33,871 nt of DNA, taken from the IMG/VR virus record IMGVR_UViG_2579778856_000005, one strand, 5' to 3'. Positions 25,875-33,871 of this stretch are shown piece by piece. The DNA is from a virus (Duplodnaviria > Heunggongvirae > Uroviricota > Caudoviricetes). Position 1 is the stretch's first letter, and the number at the start of each line of letters is the position of its first letter. Both the position numbers and the translations under genes were made by a program. The notes beneath the pieces were generated by a model that did no database searches, was not told where the DNA came from, and saw nothing but the letters and a program-made list of their open reading frames with translations.

Positions 25875-26333
25875 TCAGCGACGGGCCGCTGATTCAAGAT
25901 GGCGGACAATGGTATCGAGGATGGGGATTACCACTTCAGGCTGTAGTTCTCCATCCCCCGTCACCGGCAGGAACGGGCGGGCCGGAAGTTCAACAGACTC
26001 ATTACGCCCCGTTTTACCCCCGAACTGGTGAATGGCACCGTAAACAACGTTGGTCCCCACAACAGCCTGCCGGTCGTCATGGTCGGTTGATACTGACCCC
26101 ATCAGACGCCCGGTATCCTGCAGTGTCTGCCCGTCACGTTCTTCCGCTGCCAGCGAGGGCATCCACCCCGGACGCCCCTCATCAAGAAAGTTAAACTGTG
26201 TTTCCGCCAGCAGGGTTCCGGCGATTTTGCGCATCGCGGGCTCCAGGTCTGTGGCAGCAAGATCCAGCGCACGGAGGCTCCGGCGCAGGGACTTATCGTT
26301 AATGGTGATACTGACCAGGTTATCGGAAGCCAT
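25875..26333 (-). CDS. Virion morphogenesis protein (Mu G-like)
   Basis: 152 aa, GAGAGGA RBS; position after the F-like gene. Confidence 0.8.
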   Translation of the reverse strand: MASDNLVSITINDKSLRRSLRALDLAATDLEPAMRKIAGTLLAETQFNFLDEGRPGWMPSLAAEERDGQTLQDTGRLMGSVSTDHDDRQAVVGTNVVYGAIHQFGGKTGRNESVELPARPFLPVTGDGELQPEVVIPILDTIVRHLESAARR

Positions 26334-26335
26334 TG

Positions 26336-27157
26336 TTATCCTCTCAGTTCCTGTTGTGCCAGTGGCTGAAGCGTACCCTGATAGCGGGCCAGGTCGGGAC
26401 GGTATGCTGCCCCCGGAGCATAAGACCAGCCGACGTCGGTGGTCACCTTCGTGGTGCCGGTATTAAAGGTGGCCACGTTCCGCATTTCGCCGGTTTTCTC
26501 TGAGACCAGTTTCAGTTCCTGGCCCATGGCAGAGCCGGAGCTGATAACCTTCAGGCCACGGGCACGGACATCCGCCGCACTCAGGGCAATCACACTACAG
26601 CGGCAGCGCCAGCCGTTCGGCGGGTAAAATGCCTGCCAGAACGGGTCATCCCAGCGCAGCACCAGACCATGCAGCGCCAGATGGCTCCTGCGGGTATGGC
26701 TGTCGTTGATGCCGGTATACATCCAGTACGGCCTGTCGTCGACGTTTTCCATCTGCTCCGCCCAACGACCGGCGCTGTAGAGTACGGACATATTGGTGCG
26801 AAAGATGGTATCGAGCCGCCACGGACTGCCCTGCTGAATGGTGACCGGCTCACCCGTTACCGGGTCAGTCGTGTCACGTGGTCCCCACCATCCCTTACGC
26901 TTCAGCACCGGCTCCAGCTCCTGCCGGAACCAGCGATCGGTTTTTCCTTCATCGACAGCCTGCTGCAGTGCCCCGCGAATATCTTCCAGAATATCCAGGC
27001 GGGTCACTTTAGCAACGGTAAAGGCGCGGGCATGGGCCTCCTGCCACATTTCTTCCCAGTCCCAGGTAATCTGATATCCTTTGGACTTCAGGTAGTTGAT
27101 TGCCCGCTTCGGGGGAAGCGTCATGCAGTACGCCAGTTCAGCCGTTGTCACGCTCAT
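26336..27157 (-). CDS. Minor head protein (Mu F-like head morphogenesis family)
   Basis: ~273 aa from the ATG at 27157 (GGGGA RBS); the track ORF begins 9 codons earlier at a TTG; overlaps the portal 3' end. Confidence 0.8.
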   Translation of the reverse strand: MSVTTAELAYCMTLPPKRAINYLKSKGYQITWDWEEMWQEAHARAFTVAKVTRLDILEDIRGALQQAVDEGKTDRWFRQELEPVLKRKGWWGPRDTTDPVTGEPVTIQQGSPWRLDTIFRTNMSVLYSAGRWAEQMENVDDRPYWMYTGINDSHTRRSHLALHGLVLRWDDPFWQAFYPPNGWRCRCSVIALSAADVRARGLKVISSGSAMGQELKLVSEKTGEMRNVATFNTGTTKVTTDVGWSYAPGAAYRPDLARYQGTLQPLAQQELRG

Positions 27158-28634
27158 GCAGACGTCCCCGGATATTTGCCACAAAGAGAATGCGGGCCAG
27201 CCGCTCCTGCAGATCGTCCGTGTTCATCTGAGGGTAGAGCTCCGCCAGTTCGCCCAGCAGCTCAGACGGGTTAACCCCGTTTTCGACCCGCTTAAACAGA
27301 GGTGCCAGGACGGGTTCCAGCGTGCCATTTAACACACCTCCGTTCATCAGAATGTCCAGCGCGTCGTCAAGCTGCTGCTGAGCCTGAATATCGGCATCAA
27401 TCGCCTCGGCAAATGACAGCGGCAGCATGTTATTCTGGCGTTCCGACGGTGGTGTCTCGTCAATATCGCCGTCCTGCAGCTGGTACTCACGCTTAAAGTA
27501 TTGCGGGGTCAGACGCAGACCCGCCCGGGTGAGTTTTTCGTCGCGGGTGGCGCGGGTGTCATCAATGGTCTCCTGTTCCCACATGGCCCAGACCGGACAC
27601 GGCACATCGCCGAAGTTCAGGGTGACCACCGTTCTGATAACCTGATTCACTGCTGCCTGAATGATGTCCGCATCCGCATCGCGGATATCAGCCGTTACCT
27701 CCAGCCCGGCCTGTGCAGAGGCCTTGTTACTGTTCGCTTCCGTGGTCTGATTCTGACCGAGTAATGCAATGGAGATCTCACTGCGTGACAGTGTGATCAG
27801 CTCGCGAAATACCTCGCTGCTGTCTGCCTTGCCATCCGCTGCCCTGAGCTCAATACTGCTGTCATCGGGGATGGCGGCCACCGCGTCCTCCACCATCTGC
27901 TCCATGGAGTCCAGCAGTTTTTCAATCTCTGCATCATTTGCGCCCCTCGGGTGCTTACCGATCACCCACGGGGAGCCAAACTTTTCGGCAAAGCGGAGCC
28001 AGAATTTCATCCCGCCTTTCTTGAAGGCGACCGGCCAGAAGCACATGGACAGGTCCGGGAAACCGTAAGGATTGTCATACGAGGCATCCTGTGCCGGCAC
28101 CACGAATTTTGACGGTGACAGCAGCTCACCCTCCACACCCGCATCACGCGCCCGGAAGCGCAGGCAGTTGTCCGTATCAAACTGAAACCACTCAGGCGGT
28201 TTGCCGACAATATCCGTCACTGCCCACGCCCTGACCGAACGGCCCCACATGATTTCACAGGGCTGATACCCGTAGAGCACGGCATCGCTCATTTCACCGA
28301 TGATGCGGGACAGATCCAGATCGTCGAGCATGTCGCGGATGAAACGGAAGACCCGGGCAGAAGCGTGACCGCGCTCCAGTCCACGCTCCAGCGATTTGAG
28401 CGCTGCTTTACGTCTGCGGATACAGCCCCCGACCAGCGGGTCGGTGCGCAGTTCGCGGTAGATACGGATATCCCGTCCCTGAGCCTTGAGAATGGGATCA
28501 GGATTGGGCAGATACATGCCCAGTCCGTAAAAGTCGATCGCGCGGCTGCGGGAGGCAATCTGCGCGGTCAGTGATTTCTGAGGCTCAGAAAAAGCAACAA
28601 ATTCATCGGGTGAAACCCAGATACCCCTCGCCAT
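27138..28634 (-). CDS. Portal protein (Mu H-like)
   Basis: 498 aa; ATGA overlap with the terminase stop. Confidence 0.9.
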   Translation of the reverse strand: MARGIWVSPDEFVAFSEPQKSLTAQIASRSRAIDFYGLGMYLPNPDPILKAQGRDIRIYRELRTDPLVGGCIRRRKAALKSLERGLERGHASARVFRFIRDMLDDLDLSRIIGEMSDAVLYGYQPCEIMWGRSVRAWAVTDIVGKPPEWFQFDTDNCLRFRARDAGVEGELLSPSKFVVPAQDASYDNPYGFPDLSMCFWPVAFKKGGMKFWLRFAEKFGSPWVIGKHPRGANDAEIEKLLDSMEQMVEDAVAAIPDDSSIELRAADGKADSSEVFRELITLSRSEISIALLGQNQTTEANSNKASAQAGLEVTADIRDADADIIQAAVNQVIRTVVTLNFGDVPCPVWAMWEQETIDDTRATRDEKLTRAGLRLTPQYFKREYQLQDGDIDETPPSERQNNMLPLSFAEAIDADIQAQQQLDDALDILMNGGVLNGTLEPVLAPLFKRVENGVNPSELLGELAELYPQMNTDDLQERLARILFVANIRGRLHERDNG

Positions 28635-30229
28635 CAGAATCCCTCCAGCATACGGGCCGCCTGACGACGACGGCGTGAGCTTGCCTTCACCGGCCCTTTG
28701 TTAATTTCACGGCTGGCGAAATACGCCAGCGCCAGTGCGATGGCTGAATCCCCGTGACGTTTACCACCATCAGCCTTTGCTTTTGAGCGTTGCTCCGGCA
28801 CGCGGGGGACACCGTTCACCACCTGAACGGCCCGCAGGTCATCCAGTGTGTCTTCATCCTTTGGTAAGTCCACCAGGTTGCCGTCTTCCAGTGCAGCTTT
28901 GACCGGAGGCATATGCTCCCGGTACCAGCCTTCGGTTGGCATCACCTGCTGAACCCGGCCGGAGCCGTAGCGCTGCATGGCGTATTCAGCCAGATAGGCA
29001 CCATTACCACGGGCATCAAACGCTGCACCCAGCAGACCGGGCAGGCCATCCATCAGATACCAGGTGATTTGCTCCTGCTGTCTGAACGGCACGTTACGCA
29101 GCTCCAGTACGAATGGCACGCGTCGTACCAGGTTCTTCTCCTGCAGCAGGGGATAGTCCACCGACAAATCACCGCTACGGCCAAAGTCGCGCCCCAGGAA
29201 AGAGCGGGCATCAGTGGGGAGTGCCTCCAGCAATGGTTTCAGATACTCATCAAGCCAGTCCTGCGTCTCGCGGAAGCGAACCTCATCAGACAGCAGTTCA
29301 TAACCTTCCTTGCAGGTCAGACGCAATACCGGCGTATCAGCGGACATGCGGGACTCTATCAGGGCACGGGACAGCCAGGCACCGCCACCGTTGGCCGGAA
29401 TACAGTCAAGCTCTTCGGATGCGCCGGCACCGTAGAATTTGTACACCGATGCCATCCAGGCCTGCTCGGATGCCTCCGACCATTCCTTCCCGGTGCGCAG
29501 ACAGACGCGCCGGAACAGCCCCTCAGATACGGCTTCCCGGAAAGTGATGCGATGTATGCTGCCTCCCTGACGTCCGGCACGGATATCCCCGATAAGCGTA
29601 TTGAACGGATTGTCGTCACCGTCATGGGTGGAGATAACGCGTACCTTTCCCCCCCAGATAAGCATCGCCAGCGCCGCTTTCAGCAGTTCGTCCAGTTGCT
29701 CATGGAACGCCGCTTCGTCGATAACAATAATACCCTGACGGCCACGCAGGTTAGACGGGCGGCTGGAGAGCGCAACAATACGAAAGCCGGAGTCAGGAAA
29801 TTTGATGGTGTAAGTCTTGATGTGTTTGTCGTCGTCGTCCTCTTCCCAGAATCCTTCTTCAATTTCACTGGCCGCATAGTTGAATGCCCGTGCCCACATC
29901 GCACACGCCTGAATGTATTCGACGGTCATGTCCTGGTTATAAGCGATGTAATACACATTCATCCCGCCTGCTGGCGCAGAAGAGGCGGCGGTCAGTACGT
30001 TATCGGATGCCTCAGCCCATGTAATACCGGTACGACGGCTCTTTTCTATCACCTTAAGCGGAGAGGTGTCTGCCACCCAGCGCTGCTGGTAAGGCAACAG
30101 AACGGGAGGGGCATCCAGCGCCGAGGTATCAGGCAAAACGGGAGCAAGGTTATTCCTCCCGTCCATGGGACTCATCCCTTCGGGGCCGCCGCCAGCGGCG
30201 TTTAAAATCACTCCGGATGATTTTGTCAT
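28634..30229 (-). CDS. Terminase large subunit
   Basis: 531 aa with an ATPase region (..GIIVIDEAAFHEQ.. Walker B-like) and a C-terminal nuclease half; directly precedes the portal. Confidence 0.85.
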   Translation of the reverse strand: MTKSSGVILNAAGGGPEGMSPMDGRNNLAPVLPDTSALDAPPVLLPYQQRWVADTSPLKVIEKSRRTGITWAEASDNVLTAASSAPAGGMNVYYIAYNQDMTVEYIQACAMWARAFNYAASEIEEGFWEEDDDDKHIKTYTIKFPDSGFRIVALSSRPSNLRGRQGIIVIDEAAFHEQLDELLKAALAMLIWGGKVRVISTHDGDDNPFNTLIGDIRAGRQGGSIHRITFREAVSEGLFRRVCLRTGKEWSEASEQAWMASVYKFYGAGASEELDCIPANGGGAWLSRALIESRMSADTPVLRLTCKEGYELLSDEVRFRETQDWLDEYLKPLLEALPTDARSFLGRDFGRSGDLSVDYPLLQEKNLVRRVPFVLELRNVPFRQQEQITWYLMDGLPGLLGAAFDARGNGAYLAEYAMQRYGSGRVQQVMPTEGWYREHMPPVKAALEDGNLVDLPKDEDTLDDLRAVQVVNGVPRVPEQRSKAKADGGKRHGDSAIALALAYFASREINKGPVKASSRRRRQAARMLEGF

Positions 30230-30771
30230 GTGGCAATCCCCAGAATCTCGCGACGAAGCGCCTGTACTGCGTCGCTTGACAGTCCCCCCTTACGGGCAAT
30301 TTTCTCGGCGTTGCTGGCTGCCTGCTGCGCTCTGGCCCGTACTTCAGACTGGAACTTTTTGAGGTTGACGGACGCGCGGGACAGCGTAGCCACATTCTTC
30401 GCCACCTTCGACAGCAGGGCCACGCGTTCTTTAGGATCGACTTCGCCTTCTTCCGCCTCCTGCAACTGGACAATACTCTCGAACAGCTCGGTCTGAATAA
30501 GGGCTATCACAGCCTCCGAACGCGCATCCTGATCGTCTGCTGCGCCTTCGGTCAGCATGCGGGCCGCTTCTGTTGCCGCACGGATAGCACCATAGCGGCG
30601 CTCAATCTTCTGTCCATAGCGATGGATAGCGGATTTGCTGATGACGTACCCCCGCTCACGCAACAGTGACTCCAGCTCGTTATACCCGCTGAAGCCGGAT
30701 TCAGTCAGCGCCCGTTCAAGCCAGCGGCGCACGTCTTCCGGCAGCTTTTCTATTGTGCTGCGTCTGGCCAT
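30226..30771 (-). CDS. Putative terminase small subunit (Mu gp27 position)
   Basis: 181 aa immediately upstream of the large terminase, overlapping it; N-terminal HTH-like segment. Confidence 0.5.
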   Translation of the reverse strand: MARRSTIEKLPEDVRRWLERALTESGFSGYNELESLLRERGYVISKSAIHRYGQKIERRYGAIRAATEAARMLTEGAADDQDARSEAVIALIQTELFESIVQLQEAEEGEVDPKERVALLSKVAKNVATLSRASVNLKKFQSEVRARAQQAASNAEKIARKGGLSSDAVQALRREILGIAT

Positions 30772-31082
30772 TATTCACTCCAGTACTTTTCCGGGCGGGC
30801 AATACCCGGACCACATTCCACGGTGTATTCCACCAGGTCTACGCCGAGGCGGGTCAGGTCAGCAAACCAGTCGCCAGAAGGTTTTTTCTCCAGCTCAACC
30901 ATTTTACGGTCAGCCAGATAATCCAGTTCGCGGCGCAGTTCCAGCGGTGTGGTGTCCGGGTAGATGGCACGGGACACATCCAGCAGCAGCGTCTCGCTGG
31001 CGGTGTAAGGGCGGGTCTTGTTCAGGGCAACCAGCAGACTCCAGCGCAGGGATTCGCGGCGTACCCGGGTAATATCGACCAT
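30771..31082 (-). CDS. Hypothetical protein
   Basis: 103 aa, TAATG coupling on both sides. Confidence 0.5.
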   Translation of the reverse strand: MVDITRVRRESLRWSLLVALNKTRPYTASETLLLDVSRAIYPDTTPLELRRELDYLADRKMVELEKKPSGDWFADLTRLGVDLVEYTVECGPGIARPEKYWSE

Positions 31083-31408
31083 TATTGACCTCCGGTATTG
31101 CGGTACTGCTGTACCACTTCCAGTTTGTTATAAAGCGCGTCCAGTTTGGCCTCAATGACTGTCTGGCCACGGATATAATCCTCTCGACGGACATAATTCA
31201 GCGGTAAATCCGCTTTAAATCGCATAAATTCTTTTTCCAGCTCGCCCCAGTTGGAGGCGGATTGTTGCAGGGCCTGTTCAAGGGAGGCGAATCGTGCCGC
31301 CTGGCGTTCTTCTGTTTTACTGAACAACCATTTGGCGAGCCCTCCCACAAACCTCATGAAGGTGAGCAGAAAACTCACCACCGTCCAGAATTCAACCTGC
31401 AGTGTCAT
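31082..31408 (-). CDS. Hypothetical membrane protein
   Basis: 108 aa with one N-terminal TM segment (FWTVVSFLLTFMRFVGGLAKWLF) followed by a coiled coil. Confidence 0.5.
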   Translation of the reverse strand: MTLQVEFWTVVSFLLTFMRFVGGLAKWLFSKTEERQAARFASLEQALQQSASNWGELEKEFMRFKADLPLNYVRREDYIRGQTVIEAKLDALYNKLEVVQQYRNTGGQ

Positions 31409-32055
31409 TTCTGTAATCCTTCCCGTTCATCCAGTAGCGCGTTTATCTGGTTTCGCCAGCGACGACATTGCCCTGCGTTGTCGATGATGTTGGCAAGGAC
31501 GTCAAGCTGGGAGACACCCGAATTGCGTAACCGGGCGTCAGCGGTTTCAGGTTGCCCGGTCGCTGCGCCAGTGCCGGTGCCAGCGGCGGCAACTGAGTCT
31601 GAATGACCGGTGTCGACGGATGCGTTGTCGTATCCGAGTGCGGCGTTGTACTGGCGCACGAAACCGCGAGTAAACACGCACTCAATGGGATGACTCTTAC
31701 CTTTTTCATCAATCCAGCGCTGTGTGACATCGTTAATTTGCCCCTGTAGTTGTTTGTTCCGGCTCTCCAGTTGAGCAATCTGCTCAAGATAACCGGCTTC
31801 AGCCCGCTGCCCGGCGGCCACCTGCTCCTGATACCGTCTGGCCCAGGCCCGCAGCGCAGCATTCTCAAGCGTTGCCTGCTCCGTTTTGTACGCGTCAAAT
31901 GCTGACTGCAACTGACTTAGCGCGGTATCACCGTCACGCTTTGCAGAGTCATGACCACTTCTGTATCCCATGGCATACAGGCCGACCAGAAAGGCATTGA
32001 TAAGAATGGCCAGCAGAATGCCGCGCCACGGCAGCTTTTTAACCAGATGCCACAC
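31405..32055 (-). CDS. i-spanin (Rz-like)
   Basis: Likely GTG start at 32055 preceded by GGGGAGG. N-terminal TM segment (GILLAILINAFLVGLYAMG) then a long coiled coil; contains an embedded +1-frame lipoprotein ORF. Confidence 0.6.
   Translation of the reverse strand: MWHLVKKLPWRGILLAILINAFLVGLYAMGYRSGHDSAKRDGDTALSQLQSAFDAYKTEQATLENAALRAWARRYQEQVAAGQRAEAGYLEQIAQLESRNKQLQGQINDVTQRWIDEKGKSHPIECVFTRGFVRQYNAALGYDNASVDTGHSDSVAAAGTGTGAATGQPETADARLRNSGVSQLDVLANIIDNAGQCRRWRNQINALLDEREGLQK
31443..31709 (-). CDS. o-spanin (Rz1-like), embedded in the i-spanin gene
   Basis: 88 aa from MKKVRVIPLSACLL; lipobox L-S-A-C, Pro-rich mature part. Confidence 0.6.
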   Translation of the reverse strand: MKKVRVIPLSACLLAVSCASTTPHSDTTTHPSTPVIQTQLPPLAPALAQRPGNLKPLTPGYAIRVSPSLTSLPTSSTTQGNVVAGETR

Positions 32056-32779
32056 AACTGCTGCCTCCCCATGTGAGATATCGCGGTGCCAGTTCGCGCA
32101 GGATGCGCTGCGGATAATGGCGGTTCTCCCGCCAGCTGGCAGTGCTGCGTCCGGCATTCACCGTGGCGACATGACCAAACCAGCGGGTGCTGTCCAGCCC
32201 TTTTTGTGATGCAAGCCGCCTGTCCCGCTGTACCCAGCCCAGACCACCGTTATAGCCCGACAGTGTCATGGCCATACGCTCGCAGTCACTGGCGGCGCTG
32301 ACGCGCTGCCACAGCCAGCGGTCATAGCTGACCAGCGCCCGGATGGCCCATGCCGGATTAAATGGCTCACGGCTGTTAAGCCCCGGCATCAACTGACTTA
32401 TCCAGTCGGCGGTGGCGGGCATGAACTGCGCCAGTCCCTGAGCGCCAACCGGCGAGATCGCATCAGGTCGCCAGCCGCTTTCCTGATGCAGTTGCGCAGC
32501 GAAATCAGCCACCGGCGCAGACAGTCCCCATTCAAGCCGGGCATTACGGATCACATCATCGCGATACTGCAGCGCTGCCTGCGGAGGCTGCGCTGCGCGG
32601 GCCTGACTGAAGAAGCCGCCACACCAGAGCAACATTGCGACAAAGAATACCCGTGCCATATGAACCAGAAAGGTCCCGGCGCGGACTGACAGGCGTTCGG
32701 TTCTGATGAAGACCCTAAAGGCTTCGAAAGCCAGTTTCAGGGACATGCATACAATCCAGGTGATCTGCGGCCAGTTCAT
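32039..32779 (-). CDS. Endolysin, lytic transglycosylase (SLT domain)
   Basis: Contains EsGwRPDAiSPvGAqGLaQfMPaTA, the SLT catalytic-Glu region. ATG at 32779 lies 2 nt after the holin-like stop. Alternative ATG at 32659 would give a classic Sec signal peptide (MARVFFVAMLLWCGGFFSQARA). Confidence 0.8.
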   Translation of the reverse strand: MNWPQITWIVCMSLKLAFEAFRVFIRTERLSVRAGTFLVHMARVFFVAMLLWCGGFFSQARAAQPPQAALQYRDDVIRNARLEWGLSAPVADFAAQLHQESGWRPDAISPVGAQGLAQFMPATADWISQLMPGLNSREPFNPAWAIRALVSYDRWLWQRVSAASDCERMAMTLSGYNGGLGWVQRDRRLASQKGLDSTRWFGHVATVNAGRSTASWRENRHYPQRILRELAPRYLTWGGSSCVASG

Positions 32780-32781
32780 GA

Positions 32782-33132
32782 TTAAAGCCCCATCGCAACA
32801 GCCAGACAGACCGCTGCAACAATCAGTGCACGGCGGATTAACGCAGCAGAAAACACCAGGTGAAGGCCGGTCTGTACCGGGAAACGCCCATCAGCCATCA
32901 GCCTGTCGTCATGTTTCAGGTACTGACCGGGACGGGCTTTGGGGAAGAGCGAACGGTCAAGCCAGTAACCCAGCACTGCTGCCAGCGTGATGAGTGCCAG
33001 CTTGTAGATCACAACAGGCAACTGCTGTGGCGAGACCAGAGCGATGGTGCCCAGCAACAGCACTGAGGTCAGCAGCCAGCCGCTGAGGCGAGGTTTTTTA
33101 ACAGGGGGAATGAATTTTTTCAGGTTTTTCAT
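32782..33132 (-). CDS. Putative holin / small membrane protein
   Basis: 116 aa from the ATG at 33132 (AAGGAGA RBS) with three hydrophobic segments; first gene of the lysis cluster. Confidence 0.5.
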   Translation of the reverse strand: MKNLKKFIPPVKKPRLSGWLLTSVLLLGTIALVSPQQLPVVIYKLALITLAAVLGYWLDRSLFPKARPGQYLKHDDRLMADGRFPVQTGLHLVFSAALIRRALIVAAVCLAVAMGL

Positions 33133-33261
33133 GTGTGTCTCCTTGTCTGGTGGAGACAGCATCACAAATACAGGGCGCGAAGGATTTTAAAGCGCGTTAA
33201 GAGAGCCGGGGATACGGGATGTGCAGGATAAACGATGAATTATTCACAGAGGAGAATACGA

Positions 33262-33871
33262 TATGACGCAGACACTGAATCCGGTCATCACTGTCACCGT
33301 GTCCGGTCCTGTGGGCAGCGGTAAAAGTTACGTACTGGCGCGAATAGAGGAAGTGGTGAAACAGGAATTCGGAAACAGCGTCATTGTCGACGCCGCAGAC
33401 GTGGACGGTGAGCGCCGTATGAGTGGGGATGATCTGAGCACATGGCAGAAACCACGGGCTGGCACAGTGATCAGGCTGGAGGAATACACGGGACAGGGCC
33501 TGTTGTCATACGGCGAGGAGCGTATCTGTCGGACGAATGAGCTGCTGGATGTTATATGCCCCACGGGCCGGCAACCCTGGATACTGCCCGATGCACTGCA
33601 TGCCACCATTGCGGCACTGATGACAGTTTACGATCAGGAGCTGCTCATGAAGGAGTTACGTAAACTCACTGGTCAGTCAACAGAATGTTGTTCGTCCCCG
33701 AAGTACGGCAAACAGGAACACATCCCGATTAACCAGCCTCCCCGGTTCTTCGACGAATACCTTCTGACACCGGAAAATAAAGCTGAGCATGAAGAGATCA
33801 AAGCGGCGTTGTTCCGGGAAATCAGGAAGATTGCTGAAATGCAACTGGAGGGCGGGCTGGACAGAGTGATG
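33262..33871 (+). CDS. Hypothetical P-loop NTPase, 3'-partial (runs off window end)
   Basis: ATG at 33262 with GAGGAGAA RBS; Walker A motif GPVGSGKS at residues 15-22; no stop codon before the window end. Not listed in the ORF track because it is unterminated; translated by hand. Confidence 0.6.

Larger units (their letters stand above)
1462..33871 (-). mobile_element. Mu-like prophage (right end and late region; early region lies beyond the right edge of the window)
   Basis: Contiguous minus-strand operon of invertase, tail fibre, baseplate, tape measure, tube, sheath, head, portal, terminase and lysis genes in Mu-like order. Many gene junctions show ATGA or TAATG stop/start overlaps. Left boundary inferred from Mu-end-like repeats. 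Confidence 0.8.

Noticed and set aside
28913-30205. 430-aa plus-strand ORF antisense to the large terminase gene, and similar long antisense ORFs (for example 23784-24518, 21273-22157, 15422-16129, 11030-11794, 9460-9960)
   Set aside because: They lie entirely opposite well-supported structural genes in GC-rich sequence, have no RBS or coupling signals, and give low-complexity Arg/Gly/His-rich translations; treated as shadow ORFs.

Overview
The window opens with a complete aroA (EPSP synthase, near-identical to the E. coli K-12 protein as recalled) and its terminator. About 180 bp downstream, the rest of the window (~1.46-33.9 kb) is a Mu-like prophage with all late genes on the minus strand, inserted with its invertase end towards aroA. 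Gene order from left to right: Pin/Gin-family invertase, a tail-fibre switching locus (three promoterless C-terminal cassettes, four gix/cix-like crossover sites, one tfa, one expressed fibre gene), baseplate genes, tape measure, frameshifted tail chaperone, tube, sheath, head-tail joining genes, major capsid, protease/scaffold, G-like and F-like head proteins, portal, large terminase, small lysis-proximal genes, spanins, SLT endolysin and a holin-like protein. A 5,851-bp tandem duplication (10239-16089 and 16090-21940, near-identical) sits inside the tail module and leaves a truncated sheath and a truncated U-like gene at the junction. A divergently transcribed P-loop gene runs off the right edge. 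The most interesting system is the tail-fibre switching locus. Nothing was searched or computed beyond reading the sequence and the ORF track; family assignments are from recalled motifs. No tRNA, rRNA or CRISPR array was seen.
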